NCBI GenBank assembly: GCA_963771275.1
Contig: CAVYSW010000009.1
Span: 192,001 to 256,000, forward strand
Length of the DNA: 64,000 nt
Source of the DNA: an uncultured Gemmatimonadales bacterium
GTDB taxonomy: Bacteria > Gemmatimonadota > Gemmatimonadetes > Gemmatimonadales > GWC2-71-9
Reading direction: 5' to 3'
Shown here: piece by piece, positions 32,768 to 42,181 of the stretch
Layout: each line of letters starts with the position of its first letter
Position numbering within the stretch: the stretch's first letter is position 1
Program-made: the position numbers and the translations under genes
The notes under the pieces: model-generated
The model's input: only the letters and a program-made list of their open reading frames with translations
What the model was told of the DNA's origin: nothing
Databases searched by the model: none

Positions 32768-33996
32768 ACGCCCGCATGGTCGTCCCCGCCCTGCTCGTGC
32801 TCGCCGCCGCCTGCGGGCGTCGCCCCGAAGAGCAGTCCCCGATGGCCGGCATGACCGCCGAGGAGCACGCGCGCATGCAGGCGGGCGGCGCGACCATGCC
32901 CGACACCGGCGGGGCGCCCGCCCGCCAGGCGGTCCATCTCACGCCCGAGCAGGAGCGCGCGCTCGGCGTCACCTACCTCACCGTGCGACGGCAGCCGCTC
33001 AGGCGCACGGTGCGGACCGTGGGCGAGATCATGGCCGCCGAGCCCCGGATCGCGGACGTCACGCTGAAGATCGACGGGTTCGTCGAGACGCTGCGCGTGA
33101 GCACCACGGGCGCGGAGGTGCGGCGCGGCGAGGCGCTGCTCGCCCTCTACAGTCCCGCGCTGGTCGCGGCGCAGGAGGACCTGCTGACCGCCCGCCGTCT
33201 GGTCGCGGAGGTCGCGTCGGCGGGCGGCGAGCCCGCGCGCGACGCCGACGCCACGCTCGCGGCGGCCCGCCGGCGGCTCGAGTTCTGGGACATCACGCCC
33301 GCGGAAGTCGCGCGGCTCGAAGCGACGGGCGAGGTCCGCAAGACCCTCACCCTCGTGTCGCCGGTCACCGGCGTGGTGCTCGACAAGGACGTGCTGCAGG
33401 GCCAGCGGGTCATGCCGGGGATGCGGCTCTACCGCATCGCGGATCTCTCGGAGGTGTGGGTCGAGGGCGAGTTGTTCGAGCAGGACCTCAAGCTGATCCG
33501 GGCCGGCACGCAGGCGCACATCGAGGTGGCGGCCTACCCCGGACAGCATCTCATGGGCCGCGTGTCGTTCGTCTATCCCACCGTCGACACGGAGAGCCGC
33601 ACCAACCGGGTGCGCGTGACCGTGCCGAATCCAGATCGCCGGCTCAAGCCCGGCATGTTCGCCACGATGTACTTCGACGTCACCGTCGGCAGCGACCTCA
33701 TCGTGATCCCGATGGAAGCCATCGTGGTGACCGGCGAGCGCAACCTCGTGTTCGTGCGGGACAGCAGCGGCATGCTGAGCCCGCGCCAGATCGTGCTCGG
33801 CGCCAGGGCGGATCACGAGGCGCAAGTGCTCGCCGGCCTGCAGGAGGGCGAGCGCATCGTCGCGTCTGCCAACTTCCTGGTGGATGCCGAGTCCCGGCTC
33901 GCGAACACCGGCGGCGGCATGCCGGGCATGCAGCACGGGGCGATGGAGCCGCCCGCGCCAACGCCACCCGCGGCCACGGAGCACCGCCATGATTAG
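32764..33996 (+). CDS. cusB: CusB-like periplasmic adaptor (membrane fusion protein)
   Basis: Lipobox, Met/His-rich ends, YSPALVAAQED, IADLSEVWV, LKPGMFA, ANFLVDAES. Confidence 0.85.
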   Translation: MNARMVVPALLVLAAACGRRPEEQSPMAGMTAEEHARMQAGGATMPDTGGAPARQAVHLTPEQERALGVTYLTVRRQPLRRTVRTVGEIMAAEPRIADVTLKIDGFVETLRVSTTGAEVRRGEALLALYSPALVAAQEDLLTARRLVAEVASAGGEPARDADATLAAARRRLEFWDITPAEVARLEATGEVRKTLTLVSPVTGVVLDKDVLQGQRVMPGMRLYRIADLSEVWVEGELFEQDLKLIRAGTQAHIEVAAYPGQHLMGRVSFVYPTVDTESRTNRVRVTVPNPDRRLKPGMFATMYFDVTVGSDLIVIPMEAIVVTGERNLVFVRDSSGMLSPRQIVLGARADHEAQVLAGLQEGERIVASANFLVDAESRLANTGGGMPGMQHGAMEPPAPTPPAATEHRHD

Positions 33997-36900
33997 CGCG
34001 GTCATCGCCTGGTCGCTGCGCAACCGGTTCCTGGTGCTGCTGGGGACGCTGTTCCTCGCCGGCGCCGGGGTCTGGGCCATGCGCGCCACGCCCCTCGACG
34101 CGATCCCCGACCTGTCGGACGTGCAGGTGATCGTCCAGACCGACTTCGCCGAGCAGGCGCCGCAGATCGTCGAGGATCAGGTGACGTACCCGGTTGCGAC
34201 CGAGATGCTGAAGGTGCCGGGCGCCCGCGTGGTGCGCGGCTATTCGTTCTTCGGGCTGAGTCTCGTGTACGTGATCTTCGAGGACGGTACGGACCTCTAC
34301 TGGGCGCGCTCCCGCGTCCTCGAGTACTTGAACGGGATCCGCCGCCAGCTCCCGGCCGGCATCGAGCCCGCTCTCGGCCCGGACGCCACCGGCGTGGGCT
34401 GGGTGTTCGAGTACACGCTCGAATCGGACAGTCTCGACCTCGCGCAGCTGCGCAGCCTGCAGGACTGGAACATCCGCTACCAGCTGACCGCCGTGCCGGG
34501 CGTGTCCGAGGTGGCGAGCGTCGGCGGCTTCGTGAAGCAGTACCAGGTGGAGGTGGACCCCGAGCGGCTGCGCGCGTTCAACATCCCCGTCACCCGCGTG
34601 GCGGAGGCCATCGGCGCGCACAACGTCGACATCGGCGCCCGGGTGCTGGAAATGGGCGGGCGCGAGTACATGATCCGCGGGCTGGGCTACCTCCAGGGCA
34701 TCGACGATATCGCCGACGTCACGGTCGGCGCCACGCAGAACGGCACGCCGATCCGTGTCGCCGACGTGGCCACGGTCCAGACCGGACCGGCGCCCCGGCG
34801 CGGCGCCGCCGATCTCGACGGCCGCGGCGAGGTCGTGGCCGGAATCGTCGTGATGCGCTTCGGGTCGGATGCCCTGAAGACCATCGAGGCCGTGAAGGCG
34901 CGCCTCGAGACGGTCCGGGCGGGGCTGCCGCCGGGTGTGCGGCTCCGCACCGCCTACGACCGGAGCGACCTGATCCACCGCGCCATCGCGACGCTGCGCG
35001 GCAAGCTGCTCGAGGAGTCGCTGATCGTGGCGGCCGTCGCGCTGCTGTTCCTGCTGCATGCGCGCTCCGCGCTCGTCGCGATCGTCACGCTGCCCCTCGG
35101 CATCCTGTTCTCGTTCGTGATCATGCGGCTCATCGGGGTGAGCGCCAACATCATGAGCCTGGGCGGCATCGCGATCGCCATCGGCGCCATGGTGGACGCC
35201 GCCATCGTGATGATCGAGAACATGCACAAGCACCTCGAGCGCGCCGGCCCCGACGCCTCGCGCTGGGACATCGTGCTGGCGAGCGCGAAGCAGGTGGGGC
35301 CGCCGTTGTTCTTCTCGCTCCTCGTCATCACGTGCAGCTTCCTGCCGGTGTTCGCGCTCGAGCAGCAGGAGGGCCGCCTCTTCAAGCCGCTCGCCTACAC
35401 CAAGACGTTCGCCATGGCGGGTGCCGCCCTGCTCTCGATCACGCTGGTGCCGGTGCTGATGGGGTATCTCGTCCGGGGAAGGATCCGCGCCGAGCGCGCC
35501 AATCCCGTCAACCGGCTGCTCCAGGGGCTCTATGCCCCGGTCATCCGCTTCACCCTGCATCGGCCCTGGTGGATCATCGGCGGTGCCGTGGCGTTGGTCG
35601 GCGCGACCGCGGTTCCATGGACCCGGCTCGGCAGCGAATTCATGCCACCCCTGCACGAGGGCTCGATCCTGTTCATGCCCACCACCGTGCCCGGCGTGTC
35701 GATCGCGCAGGCGCGCGAGATCATGCGCTACCAGGACAGCGTGCTGGCCTCGTTCCCGGAGGTGGAGCGCGTGCTCGGGAAGGCCGGACGGGCGGAGACC
35801 GCGACCGACCCCGCCCCGCTCGACATGTTCGAGACGACCGTGACGCTCCGGCCGGAGCGGGACTGGCGACCCGGTATGACGTACGACCGGCTCGTGACCG
35901 AGATGGACCGCGCCGTGAAGCTCCCCGGCGTCACGAACGCGTGGACCATGCCGATCAAGGGGCGGATCGACATGCTCGCCACCGGCATCCGCACGCCGGT
36001 GGGGGTCAAGATCTTCGGCCCCAACCTCGACACGCTCCAGGCGCTCGGCGAGCGGGTCGAGCGCGTGCTGCAGCAGGTTCCCGGCACCCGGAGCGCCTTC
36101 GCCGAGCGCGGCGTCTCCGGCTACTACATCGACATCACCATCGATCGGGCGGAGGCCGCGCGCTACGGCTTGAACGCGGGCGACATCCACGCCGCGATCA
36201 TGGCCTCCGTGGGTGGGCTGGACGCCGCCATTACCGTGGAGGGCCGCGAGCGTTACGCCGTGAACGTGCGGTATCCCCGCGAGCTCCGGGACAACGTGCA
36301 GAAGCTGCGCGAGGTGCTTGTGCCCACGATGACCGGCACGCAAGTGCCGCTCGGCCAACTCGCGCGCGTGACCGTCCTCCAGGGGCCGATGGCCGTGAAG
36401 ACCGAGAACGCCTTCCCCGTCTCCACCGTGTTCGTGGACATCGGCCAGCGCGACGTCGGGCGCTACGTGCGCGACGCCCAGGCGGCCGTGGCGCGCACGG
36501 TCGTCCCGCCGACCGGCTATTCCATCGTGTGGAGCGGCCAGTACGAGTTCATGCAGCGGGTGAAGCAGAAGCTCCGACTGGTCGTGCCGGTGACGGTCGC
36601 CATCATCTTCCTGCTGCTGTACCTCAACTTTCGTGGGCTGACGGAATCGGCGATCGTCATGCTGTCGGTTCCGTTCGCGCTCGTGGGCGGGGTCTGGTAC
36701 CTCTGGCTCGCCGGCTACAACACCAGTGTCGCGGTTTGGGTCGGCTTCATCGCACTGGCGGGGGTCGCGGCAGAGACGGGTGTCGTGATGCTGATCTACC
36801 TCGACGAGGCATACCACCGCATGGCGCTCGCGGGAACCATCCACACCGCGGCCGACGTCGGGACGGCGGTGCGTGACGGTGCGGTGGAGCGCCTCCGGCC

Positions 36901-37132
36901 CAAGATCATGACCGTCACGGCCATCATCGCCGGCCTGGCCCCGATCCTCTGGAGCCACGGGACCGGCGCCGACGTGATGAAGCGAATCGCGGCGCCGATG
37001 GTGGGCGGCATGGTCACGTCGACCGTGCTGACGCTGGTCGTGATCCCGGCGATTTACCTGTTGTGGCGGCGGTGGGAGGTGGGGCGGGCGAGCCGCGCAG
37101 CGCCGGCCCCAGGGAGTGAACTGCGCTCTTGA
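33989..37132 (+). CDS. cusA: CusA/SilA heavy-metal (Cu/Ag) RND efflux permease
   Basis: [56 protein letters not shown]. Confidence 0.93.
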   Translation: MISAVIAWSLRNRFLVLLGTLFLAGAGVWAMRATPLDAIPDLSDVQVIVQTDFAEQAPQIVEDQVTYPVATEMLKVPGARVVRGYSFFGLSLVYVIFEDGTDLYWARSRVLEYLNGIRRQLPAGIEPALGPDATGVGWVFEYTLESDSLDLAQLRSLQDWNIRYQLTAVPGVSEVASVGGFVKQYQVEVDPERLRAFNIPVTRVAEAIGAHNVDIGARVLEMGGREYMIRGLGYLQGIDDIADVTVGATQNGTPIRVADVATVQTGPAPRRGAADLDGRGEVVAGIVVMRFGSDALKTIEAVKARLETVRAGLPPGVRLRTAYDRSDLIHRAIATLRGKLLEESLIVAAVALLFLLHARSALVAIVTLPLGILFSFVIMRLIGVSANIMSLGGIAIAIGAMVDAAIVMIENMHKHLERAGPDASRWDIVLASAKQVGPPLFFSLLVITCSFLPVFALEQQEGRLFKPLAYTKTFAMAGAALLSITLVPVLMGYLVRGRIRAERANPVNRLLQGLYAPVIRFTLHRPWWIIGGAVALVGATAVPWTRLGSEFMPPLHEGSILFMPTTVPGVSIAQAREIMRYQDSVLASFPEVERVLGKAGRAETATDPAPLDMFETTVTLRPERDWRPGMTYDRLVTEMDRAVKLPGVTNAWTMPIKGRIDMLATGIRTPVGVKIFGPNLDTLQALGERVERVLQQVPGTRSAFAERGVSGYYIDITIDRAEAARYGLNAGDIHAAIMASVGGLDAAITVEGRERYAVNVRYPRELRDNVQKLREVLVPTMTGTQVPLGQLARVTVLQGPMAVKTENAFPVSTVFVDIGQRDVGRYVRDAQAAVARTVVPPTGYSIVWSGQYEFMQRVKQKLRLVVPVTVAIIFLLLYLNFRGLTESAIVMLSVPFALVGGVWYLWLAGYNTSVAVWVGFIALAGVAAETGVVMLIYLDEAYHRMALAGTIHTAADVGTAVRDGAVERLRPKIMTVTAIIAGLAPILWSHGTGADVMKRIAAPMVGGMVTSTVLTLVVIPAIYLLWRRWEVGRASRAAPAPGSELRS

Positions 37133-37218
37133 GCCCGATGATCGCCGCGGCGGCGATGAGCTTCAGCTCCGTGTCCGTGATCGGCAACGCGCTCCGGCTG
37201 CGACGGGCCCGGGTGTGA
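37126..37218 (+). pseudogene. C-terminal remnant of a Cu(+) P1B-type ATPase (copA fragment)
   Basis: Translates [30 protein letters not shown], the last TM helix of CopA-type ATPases; nothing upstream except the cusA end. Confidence 0.85.
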
Positions 37219-37291
37219 CCGCGTCGGCCCGCGGGGGCCACTGACGGTTCGTGTCGCGGCAGACCTCGCTCATCGCAGCCGCCGGCGTGCC

Positions 37292-37360
37292 CGAATGTCC
37301 GATGATCAATGCCCAATATCCAAGTACTTGGACATTGGCCATTGATCATTGGACCTTTCG
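37292..37360. repeat. Heptamer-arm palindrome, CAATGTY family, copy 3
   Basis: cgaatgtc cgatgat caatgcc caatatc CAAG-ta-CTTG gacattg gccattg atcattg gacctttcg. Confidence 0.9.
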
Positions 37361-38062
37361 TCACCGTCCCAACCCCACCGTCACGCCGAGATGGTAGAGG
37401 ATCAGGTTGGTCTGACTCTCGATCGGCGTGTACGTCACGGTGTTCCCCGTGATGGCGATGCTACCCTCGCGCAGGTACCGGGCGCGCCCGTTGTACAGGT
37501 AGCGGGCACCGAGGTCCAGCGACACCGGGAACCGCCCGTGCGAGACTCGGAACCGCACTCCGCCACCCGCCGAGGTCGCGAACGTGAAGTCGTCGAAATT
37601 GGTGGTGTTCGCGAACGGCGCGACGTTCCCGCTCCCCTCGACGGACGACGACGTGACGAAGTACGAGAAGCCCAGCTCACCGTATCCATACACCTGGGCG
37701 GCACCCGTGCCGAGCGTGACCTGGGGACCGAGCTGGAACCCCGCGATCTGATTGTTGGTGGTCACGTCCACGTCCACCAGCGGGACGAGCTGATACCGCC
37801 GCGTCTCGCTTCCATAGATCAGGTAGCTCGCGTCCGCGCGAAGGCCCAGAACGCCGCCCGGCGTCCAGACGGCGTACCCAGCCAGTCCGCCGCCGAGGCC
37901 GACGTAGTTGGCGAACTCGCCCGTGGGCTGTGCCAGCAGCACCGCGAGGCCGAGGTGCGTGTTCGTCGTTCGCACGGGCCTCAAACCCTGCGCCTGCGCC
38001 GCGCTCGCCGTCACGGCCAACACCAGCACCGTTCCCGCGATGACTTTCAGTCCGGTCCTCAT
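37361..38062 (-). CDS. Outer membrane beta-barrel protein (OmpA/Opacity-like)
   Basis: Signal peptide (AAQAQ), alternating aromatic strands, C-terminal YHLGVTVG; AGGAGG RBS. Confidence 0.75.
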   Translation of the reverse strand: MRTGLKVIAGTVLVLAVTASAAQAQGLRPVRTTNTHLGLAVLLAQPTGEFANYVGLGGGLAGYAVWTPGGVLGLRADASYLIYGSETRRYQLVPLVDVDVTTNNQIAGFQLGPQVTLGTGAAQVYGYGELGFSYFVTSSSVEGSGNVAPFANTTNFDDFTFATSAGGGVRFRVSHGRFPVSLDLGARYLYNGRARYLREGSIAITGNTVTYTPIESQTNLILYHLGVTVGLGR

Positions 38063-38094
38063 ACGGCCTCCTGACGTTCGCGAAGGACCATAAG

Positions 38095-38150
38095 GCAGGA
38101 GGTGTGCCAATGCACATCGCTCGCGCATGGCCTTGTGAATCAATCGGTTA
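38095..38150 (-). promoter_or_regulatory. Putative sigma54 promoter plus IHF site
   Basis: Minus-strand TTGGCACACCTCCTGC (38095-38110); AATCAATCGGTTA (38138-38150) matches the IHF consensus WATCAANNNNTTR. Confidence 0.6.
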
Positions 38151-38266
38151 CCCTGCTGGCCCCGGGTTGACCTCTGTCGTTCTGTCCTCGTTCGGGGACA
38201 GCGCGCCGACGCGAGAGGGTTCCGCGGTGGGCGCTCCTCCACGGACGGGTCGAAGCGCCGCCCGGT

Positions 38267-38932
38267 TCATGGCTTCTCCATCACGAACACGAAAAACGGC
38301 CAGAGCGGAATGCCGATGTACCTGGTGAACAGCGTGCGCGCGCCGGCGCGCTCGAGAGCGGGAAGCACCGAGACCGAACGGCAGCCAAGGGACAGCGTCG
38401 GGAACCGCCACACGACGTCCTCGACGACATTCGCGAGCCACCGCGTCAGGCGGCCCGGGGGCTCCGCCGAGTGCGCGATCCCGATGCGGCCACCGGGCTT
38501 GGCGACCCGCAGGAGCTCCAAGGCGCCGTCCGCCGGCCTGTACAATGGACACATGCTGTAGGTCGAGAGCACGACATCGAAGCTCCCGTCCGCGAACGGC
38601 AGGGCGAGGATATCGCCGGTGCGAAACTCGACGCGCGCGGAGAAACCCGCGGCCGCCACCCGACGTCGGGCCACGGCGAGCATGCCCTCGCTGGCGTCGA
38701 GCGCCGTGACGCTCCCCGATGGCCCGACCTGCGATGCCGCGAGCAGCGCGGTCGACCCCGTGCCCGCGCCGCAGTCCAGCACACGGTCGCCCGCCCGTAC
38801 GGCCTGCTCCACCAGCAGTCGGCGTCCTCGTTGATCCGAGCGGGCAGTCAGGACCCCGTGCTGAAGGTCGTAGCGCTGCGCCACGCGGTCGTACACCGTC
38901 TTCAGCGTCTGTGGATCGAGTCCCTCCCGCAT
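38267..38932 (-). CDS. Class I SAM-dependent methyltransferase (UbiE-like)
   Basis: VLDCGAGTG, LDASEGML, LPFADGSFD, RVAKPGG; GGAGGA RBS. Confidence 0.88.
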   Translation of the reverse strand: MREGLDPQTLKTVYDRVAQRYDLQHGVLTARSDQRGRRLLVEQAVRAGDRVLDCGAGTGSTALLAASQVGPSGSVTALDASEGMLAVARRRVAAAGFSARVEFRTGDILALPFADGSFDVVLSTYSMCPLYRPADGALELLRVAKPGGRIGIAHSAEPPGRLTRWLANVVEDVVWRFPTLSLGCRSVSVLPALERAGARTLFTRYIGIPLWPFFVFVMEKP

Positions 38933-38944
38933 GGGCTCCTCCGA

Positions 38945-39048
38945 GAATGCCCTAATGACTAATGTCCTGTGATCGGCGTCCAATGGGCAGGCCTGCGATC
39001 TCCTGCCCTTGCTAATTGGTAATTGGACATTGGGGATTGGACATTGGA
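38945..39048. repeat. Heptamer-arm palindrome, CAATGTY family, copy 4 (degenerate left arm)
   Basis: gaatgcc ctaatga ctaatgt...caat gggcagg-loop-cctgccc ttg ctaattg gtaattg gacattg gggattg gacattg. Confidence 0.8.
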
Positions 39049-39149
39049 TCCCCGCAACGCCAATCGCCCCAGCCACTTGCCGAAGCCGCGCCGAATTTCC
39101 GTTACCCACGTCACGGCGCCGCACCCCCCGCCGGTGACTTCGTGTACCC

Positions 39150-40172
39150 GTGCCGATGCCTCTACCCGCTCCGCCCGGACCGGCGCGACGACGTGCGCGG
39201 TCTCAGCGGTGCAGCCACTGGTGCGTCATCACGTGGCTGGTCGCGCTCCCGGCCTGCGCGCCGGCGGTTCCCACCGACCTCGTGTGGGTCGAGATCCCAG
39301 AGGGCGCGCCGGTCGAAGCCGTGGCGGAGTCGCTCGCCGTGCACGGCATCGTTCCCTCGGCTGAAGGGTTCGTGCGCCTCGCGCGATACGACGGCCAGTA
39401 CCGCGATATCAAGCCCGGGCTCTATCCCCTGCCGCCACGCATGGGCCGGTACAACGCGCTATCCACCCTGCTCAAGGGTGTCGGACGGGTGCGGGTCATC
39501 GAGGTGCGGGAGCGGATGACGCTGATCGAGCTGGCTGACGCGCTGGTACAAACCCTCGGGGTGGGGCGCGCAGAGGTGCTGGCGGCCGCGAGCGATTCCG
39601 CGCTCCGCGCCCAGGTGGGCGCGGCGGGCCCGACCATCGAGGGGTATCTGTTCCCCACGACCTACCATGTGCCCTTCGACGCGTCGGTGCCGGTAATCCT
39701 CGGCCAGATGGCGGACACCTTCGAGGCGCGCTGGCGGCCCGCCTGGAACGCGCGCCTCGACACGCTCGGGCTCTCGCGTGACCAGGTGGTGATCCTCGCC
39801 TCGATCATCGCGGGGGAGATGCCGCTCGGCGACGAGCGCTTCCAGGTGGCGTCGATGTACCACAACCGGCTCGCCCGCCGGATGCGGCTCCAGGCTGACC
39901 CCACGGTGGTCTACACGCTGGGCGAGCGTCGTCGCCTGACCTTTGCGGATTACCGCGTCGCGTCGGACTACAACACGTACACGATCAACGGCCTTCCGCC
40001 CGGCCCCATCGGGCAGCCGTCCACCGAGAGTCTCGAGGCCGCGCTCTACCCGGCGACGACCGATTTCCTGTACATGGTGGCCGGGCCCGACGGGTCCCAC
40101 GCGTTCTCGCGCACGTACGTTGAGCACCTGCGGACGATTCGGGAGATCCGGGGCGGGGGGAGAGGGCGGTGA
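39150..40172 (+). CDS. mltG: Endolytic transglycosylase MltG
   Basis: EGYLFPTTY, ILASII..E, NRL..MRLQADPTV, YNTY..GLPPGPI; start uncertain. Confidence 0.9.
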   Translation: MPMPLPAPPGPARRRARSQRCSHWCVITWLVALPACAPAVPTDLVWVEIPEGAPVEAVAESLAVHGIVPSAEGFVRLARYDGQYRDIKPGLYPLPPRMGRYNALSTLLKGVGRVRVIEVRERMTLIELADALVQTLGVGRAEVLAAASDSALRAQVGAAGPTIEGYLFPTTYHVPFDASVPVILGQMADTFEARWRPAWNARLDTLGLSRDQVVILASIIAGEMPLGDERFQVASMYHNRLARRMRLQADPTVVYTLGERRRLTFADYRVASDYNTYTINGLPPGPIGQPSTESLEAALYPATTDFLYMVAGPDGSHAFSRTYVEHLRTIREIRGGGRGR

Positions 40173-40173
40173 T

Positions 40174-40216
40174 CGAATGCTCAATGTTCAATGCTCAATG
40201 TTCAATGTTCAATACT
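40174..40216. repeat. Left heptamer arm of copy 5, upstream of the four-helix-bundle gene
   Basis: cgaatgct caatgtt caatgct caatgtt caatgtt caatact. Confidence 0.92.
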
Positions 40217-40327
40217 GGTTTCCAGGTATCCGGCATCGAGTCCCAGGATTGAGTCGTGGGATTCGAATTGCGCTGCCTCGCAGCACTTTGGTGATGCACG
40301 AGGGCACGGTCGCCCCAGAGTTGGGGC

Positions 40328-40699
40328 ATGGCTCCGCGTCGGTACGATCTGGAGGATCGCCTGCTCGCGTTTGCGATCTCCGCGTCTCGCCTCACGACTG
40401 CCTTTCCGCCCAGCATGGTGGGCCGGCACGCCGGGCTACAGCTGATTCGATCTGCGACATCTCCGGCCGCCAACTATGCGGAAGCCGTGGCGGCGGAGTC
40501 CCGCCGCGATTTCGTACACAAGCTCCGCATCTGTCTCAAGGAGCTGCGCGAGGTGCGCATCTGGCTCCGGTTCGTTGTGGGAGTCGAACTCGCTCCGAGC
40601 GCGGCTGTCGTGGGAGCGGGTCGCGAATGCGATGAGCTGATCGCGATCCTCGCCGCCTCCATCAGGACGGCGAAAGGCAGAGCGTCAAGCGATCAATGA
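40328..40699 (+). CDS. Four helix bundle protein (23S rRNA-IVP / Avd-like superfamily)
   Basis: DLEDRLLAF...QLIRSATSPAANYAEA..AESRRDFVHKLRICLKELRE..WL...ECDELIAIL..SIRTAK. Confidence 0.9.
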   Translation: MAPRRYDLEDRLLAFAISASRLTTAFPPSMVGRHAGLQLIRSATSPAANYAEAVAAESRRDFVHKLRICLKELREVRIWLRFVVGVELAPSAAVVGAGRECDELIAILAASIRTAKGRASSDQ

Positions 40700-40792
40700 T
40701 CAGTGTTCAAATGATCAGTGTTCAATAGATCAGTGTTCAAGTCCCCTCTAGACCTTGGATATTGGATATTGAACATTGATCATTGAACATTG
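40692..40792. repeat. Downstream part of copy 5: 15-nt tandem repeat, CAAG-12nt-CTTG centre, right heptamer arm
   Basis: (atgatcagtgttcaa)x2 tagatcagtgttcaa g tcccctctagac cttg gatattg gatattg aacattg atcattg aacattg. Confidence 0.92.
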
Positions 40793-40797
40793 CTCCC

Positions 40798-42012
40798 ATG
40801 ATCCCTATTCCTCCCCGCATCCTGCAGGTGGATGCCGACGCCTTTTACGTCCAGGTCGCCCGCCTGGCGGACCCGGAGGGCGCGGGGCGCGCCGACCTGC
40901 TGCTCGTGGGCGGCTCGCCCAAGGGCCGCGGGGTCGTTACCTCGGCGTCCTACGGCGCGCGCCGGTTCGGCGTGCGATCGGGCATGGCCATGGCACAGGC
41001 GGTGCGGCTCTGCCCCGATGCCCTGGTGGTCGGGGTGCCACGGCGCGCGACGTCGGAGCGCAGCCGGGCGATCGTCGCGGTGCTGGAGCGATTCACTCCC
41101 GTGGTGGAGCCCGCGTCGATCGACGAGATGTACCTCGACCTCTCCGGCACCGAGGGGCTCTATCGCCACGAGCCGCTCGAGGCGACGGCGCGCCGCATCC
41201 GGGAGGCCGTGCTCGCCGAGTCCGCGATCGCGGTCTCGATCGGCGGCGGCACCAATCGGCTCATCGCCAAGCTCGCGGCGGGACGTGCCAAGCCGCACCA
41301 CACGCCCGAGGCGGCGGGCGTGCTGATCGTTCCGCCGGGGGAGGAAGCGGCGTTCCTCCGGACTTTCGATCTGGCGGATATCCCGGGGGTCGGCCCCAGA
41401 TTCCAGGATCGGCTGCTCGCGCTGGGCCTCAAGACGATCCCCGACGCGCTGCGCCACGACCGCGCGGTGCTGCGCCGCTGGCTGAGCCCGCGCGCGGGCG
41501 ACTGGCTCTACGACCGGATCCGCGGGGTGGATGCCTCGACCGTCGAACGCCGCGCCGCCGCCCGGTCGATCAGCCGCGACGAGACCTTCGCGACCGACCT
41601 GGACGCGGACGAGGCGCTGCGGGCCGAGCTGCTCCATCTCGCGGATCGCGCCGCCGCCGATCTCCGCGGCGACGGCTATCGGGTGCGGACCGTGAGTGTC
41701 CGGATCCGGGATCGCGATTTCAAGGACCGGCGCGCAAGCCGGACCCTCGCCGTACCGGTGAGCAGCGATCACGCGATCGCGCAGGTGGCGCTCGAGCTGC
41801 TCGCCCGGCTGCGGCGCGCGCGCCACATTCCCGCCCGGCTGCTGAGCGTGGCGCTGACCCAGCTCTCCCGGGAGCCGTCGGCCGTGCAGGGTGGCTTGTT
41901 CCCGGAAGACGACCTCGCATCGTTGGAGACGGAGCGGGACCGGCGCCTGTCCCGCGCGCTCGACGAGCTGCGAGGCCGGTTCGGCCGGGACGCGGTGGAT
42001 CGGGGGCGGTAG
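40798..42012 (+). CDS. dinB: DNA polymerase IV (Y family)
   Basis: DADAFY, SASYGARRFGVRSGM, SIDEMYLD, AKLAA..KP, SISRDETF. Confidence 0.93.
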   Translation: MIPIPPRILQVDADAFYVQVARLADPEGAGRADLLLVGGSPKGRGVVTSASYGARRFGVRSGMAMAQAVRLCPDALVVGVPRRATSERSRAIVAVLERFTPVVEPASIDEMYLDLSGTEGLYRHEPLEATARRIREAVLAESAIAVSIGGGTNRLIAKLAAGRAKPHHTPEAAGVLIVPPGEEAAFLRTFDLADIPGVGPRFQDRLLALGLKTIPDALRHDRAVLRRWLSPRAGDWLYDRIRGVDASTVERRAAARSISRDETFATDLDADEALRAELLHLADRAAADLRGDGYRVRTVSVRIRDRDFKDRRASRTLAVPVSSDHAIAQVALELLARLRRARHIPARLLSVALTQLSREPSAVQGGLFPEDDLASLETERDRRLSRALDELRGRFGRDAVDRGR

Positions 42013-42181
42013 GACCGCGGGCCCGGTCACTTTCGGGTCTCGCGCGCCCCGCCGCCCGTCGCAACGCGCGGGCGTCTTCGAGCATCACATAGGAGATGAA
42101 CCCTGAATCTTCCGGTCCCCCACCCCGTACGGCATGTTTGGACCGCTGGTTAGCCACCCTGCCCCACACCGGAGTCGCGTC

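Noticed and set aside
33698..36958. 1086-aa minus-strand ORF
   Set aside because: Antisense shadow of cusA.
40328..40699. Diversity-generating retroelement (Avd-like gene)
   Set aside because: No reverse transcriptase and no TR/VR pair with adenine-specific mismatches in the window.
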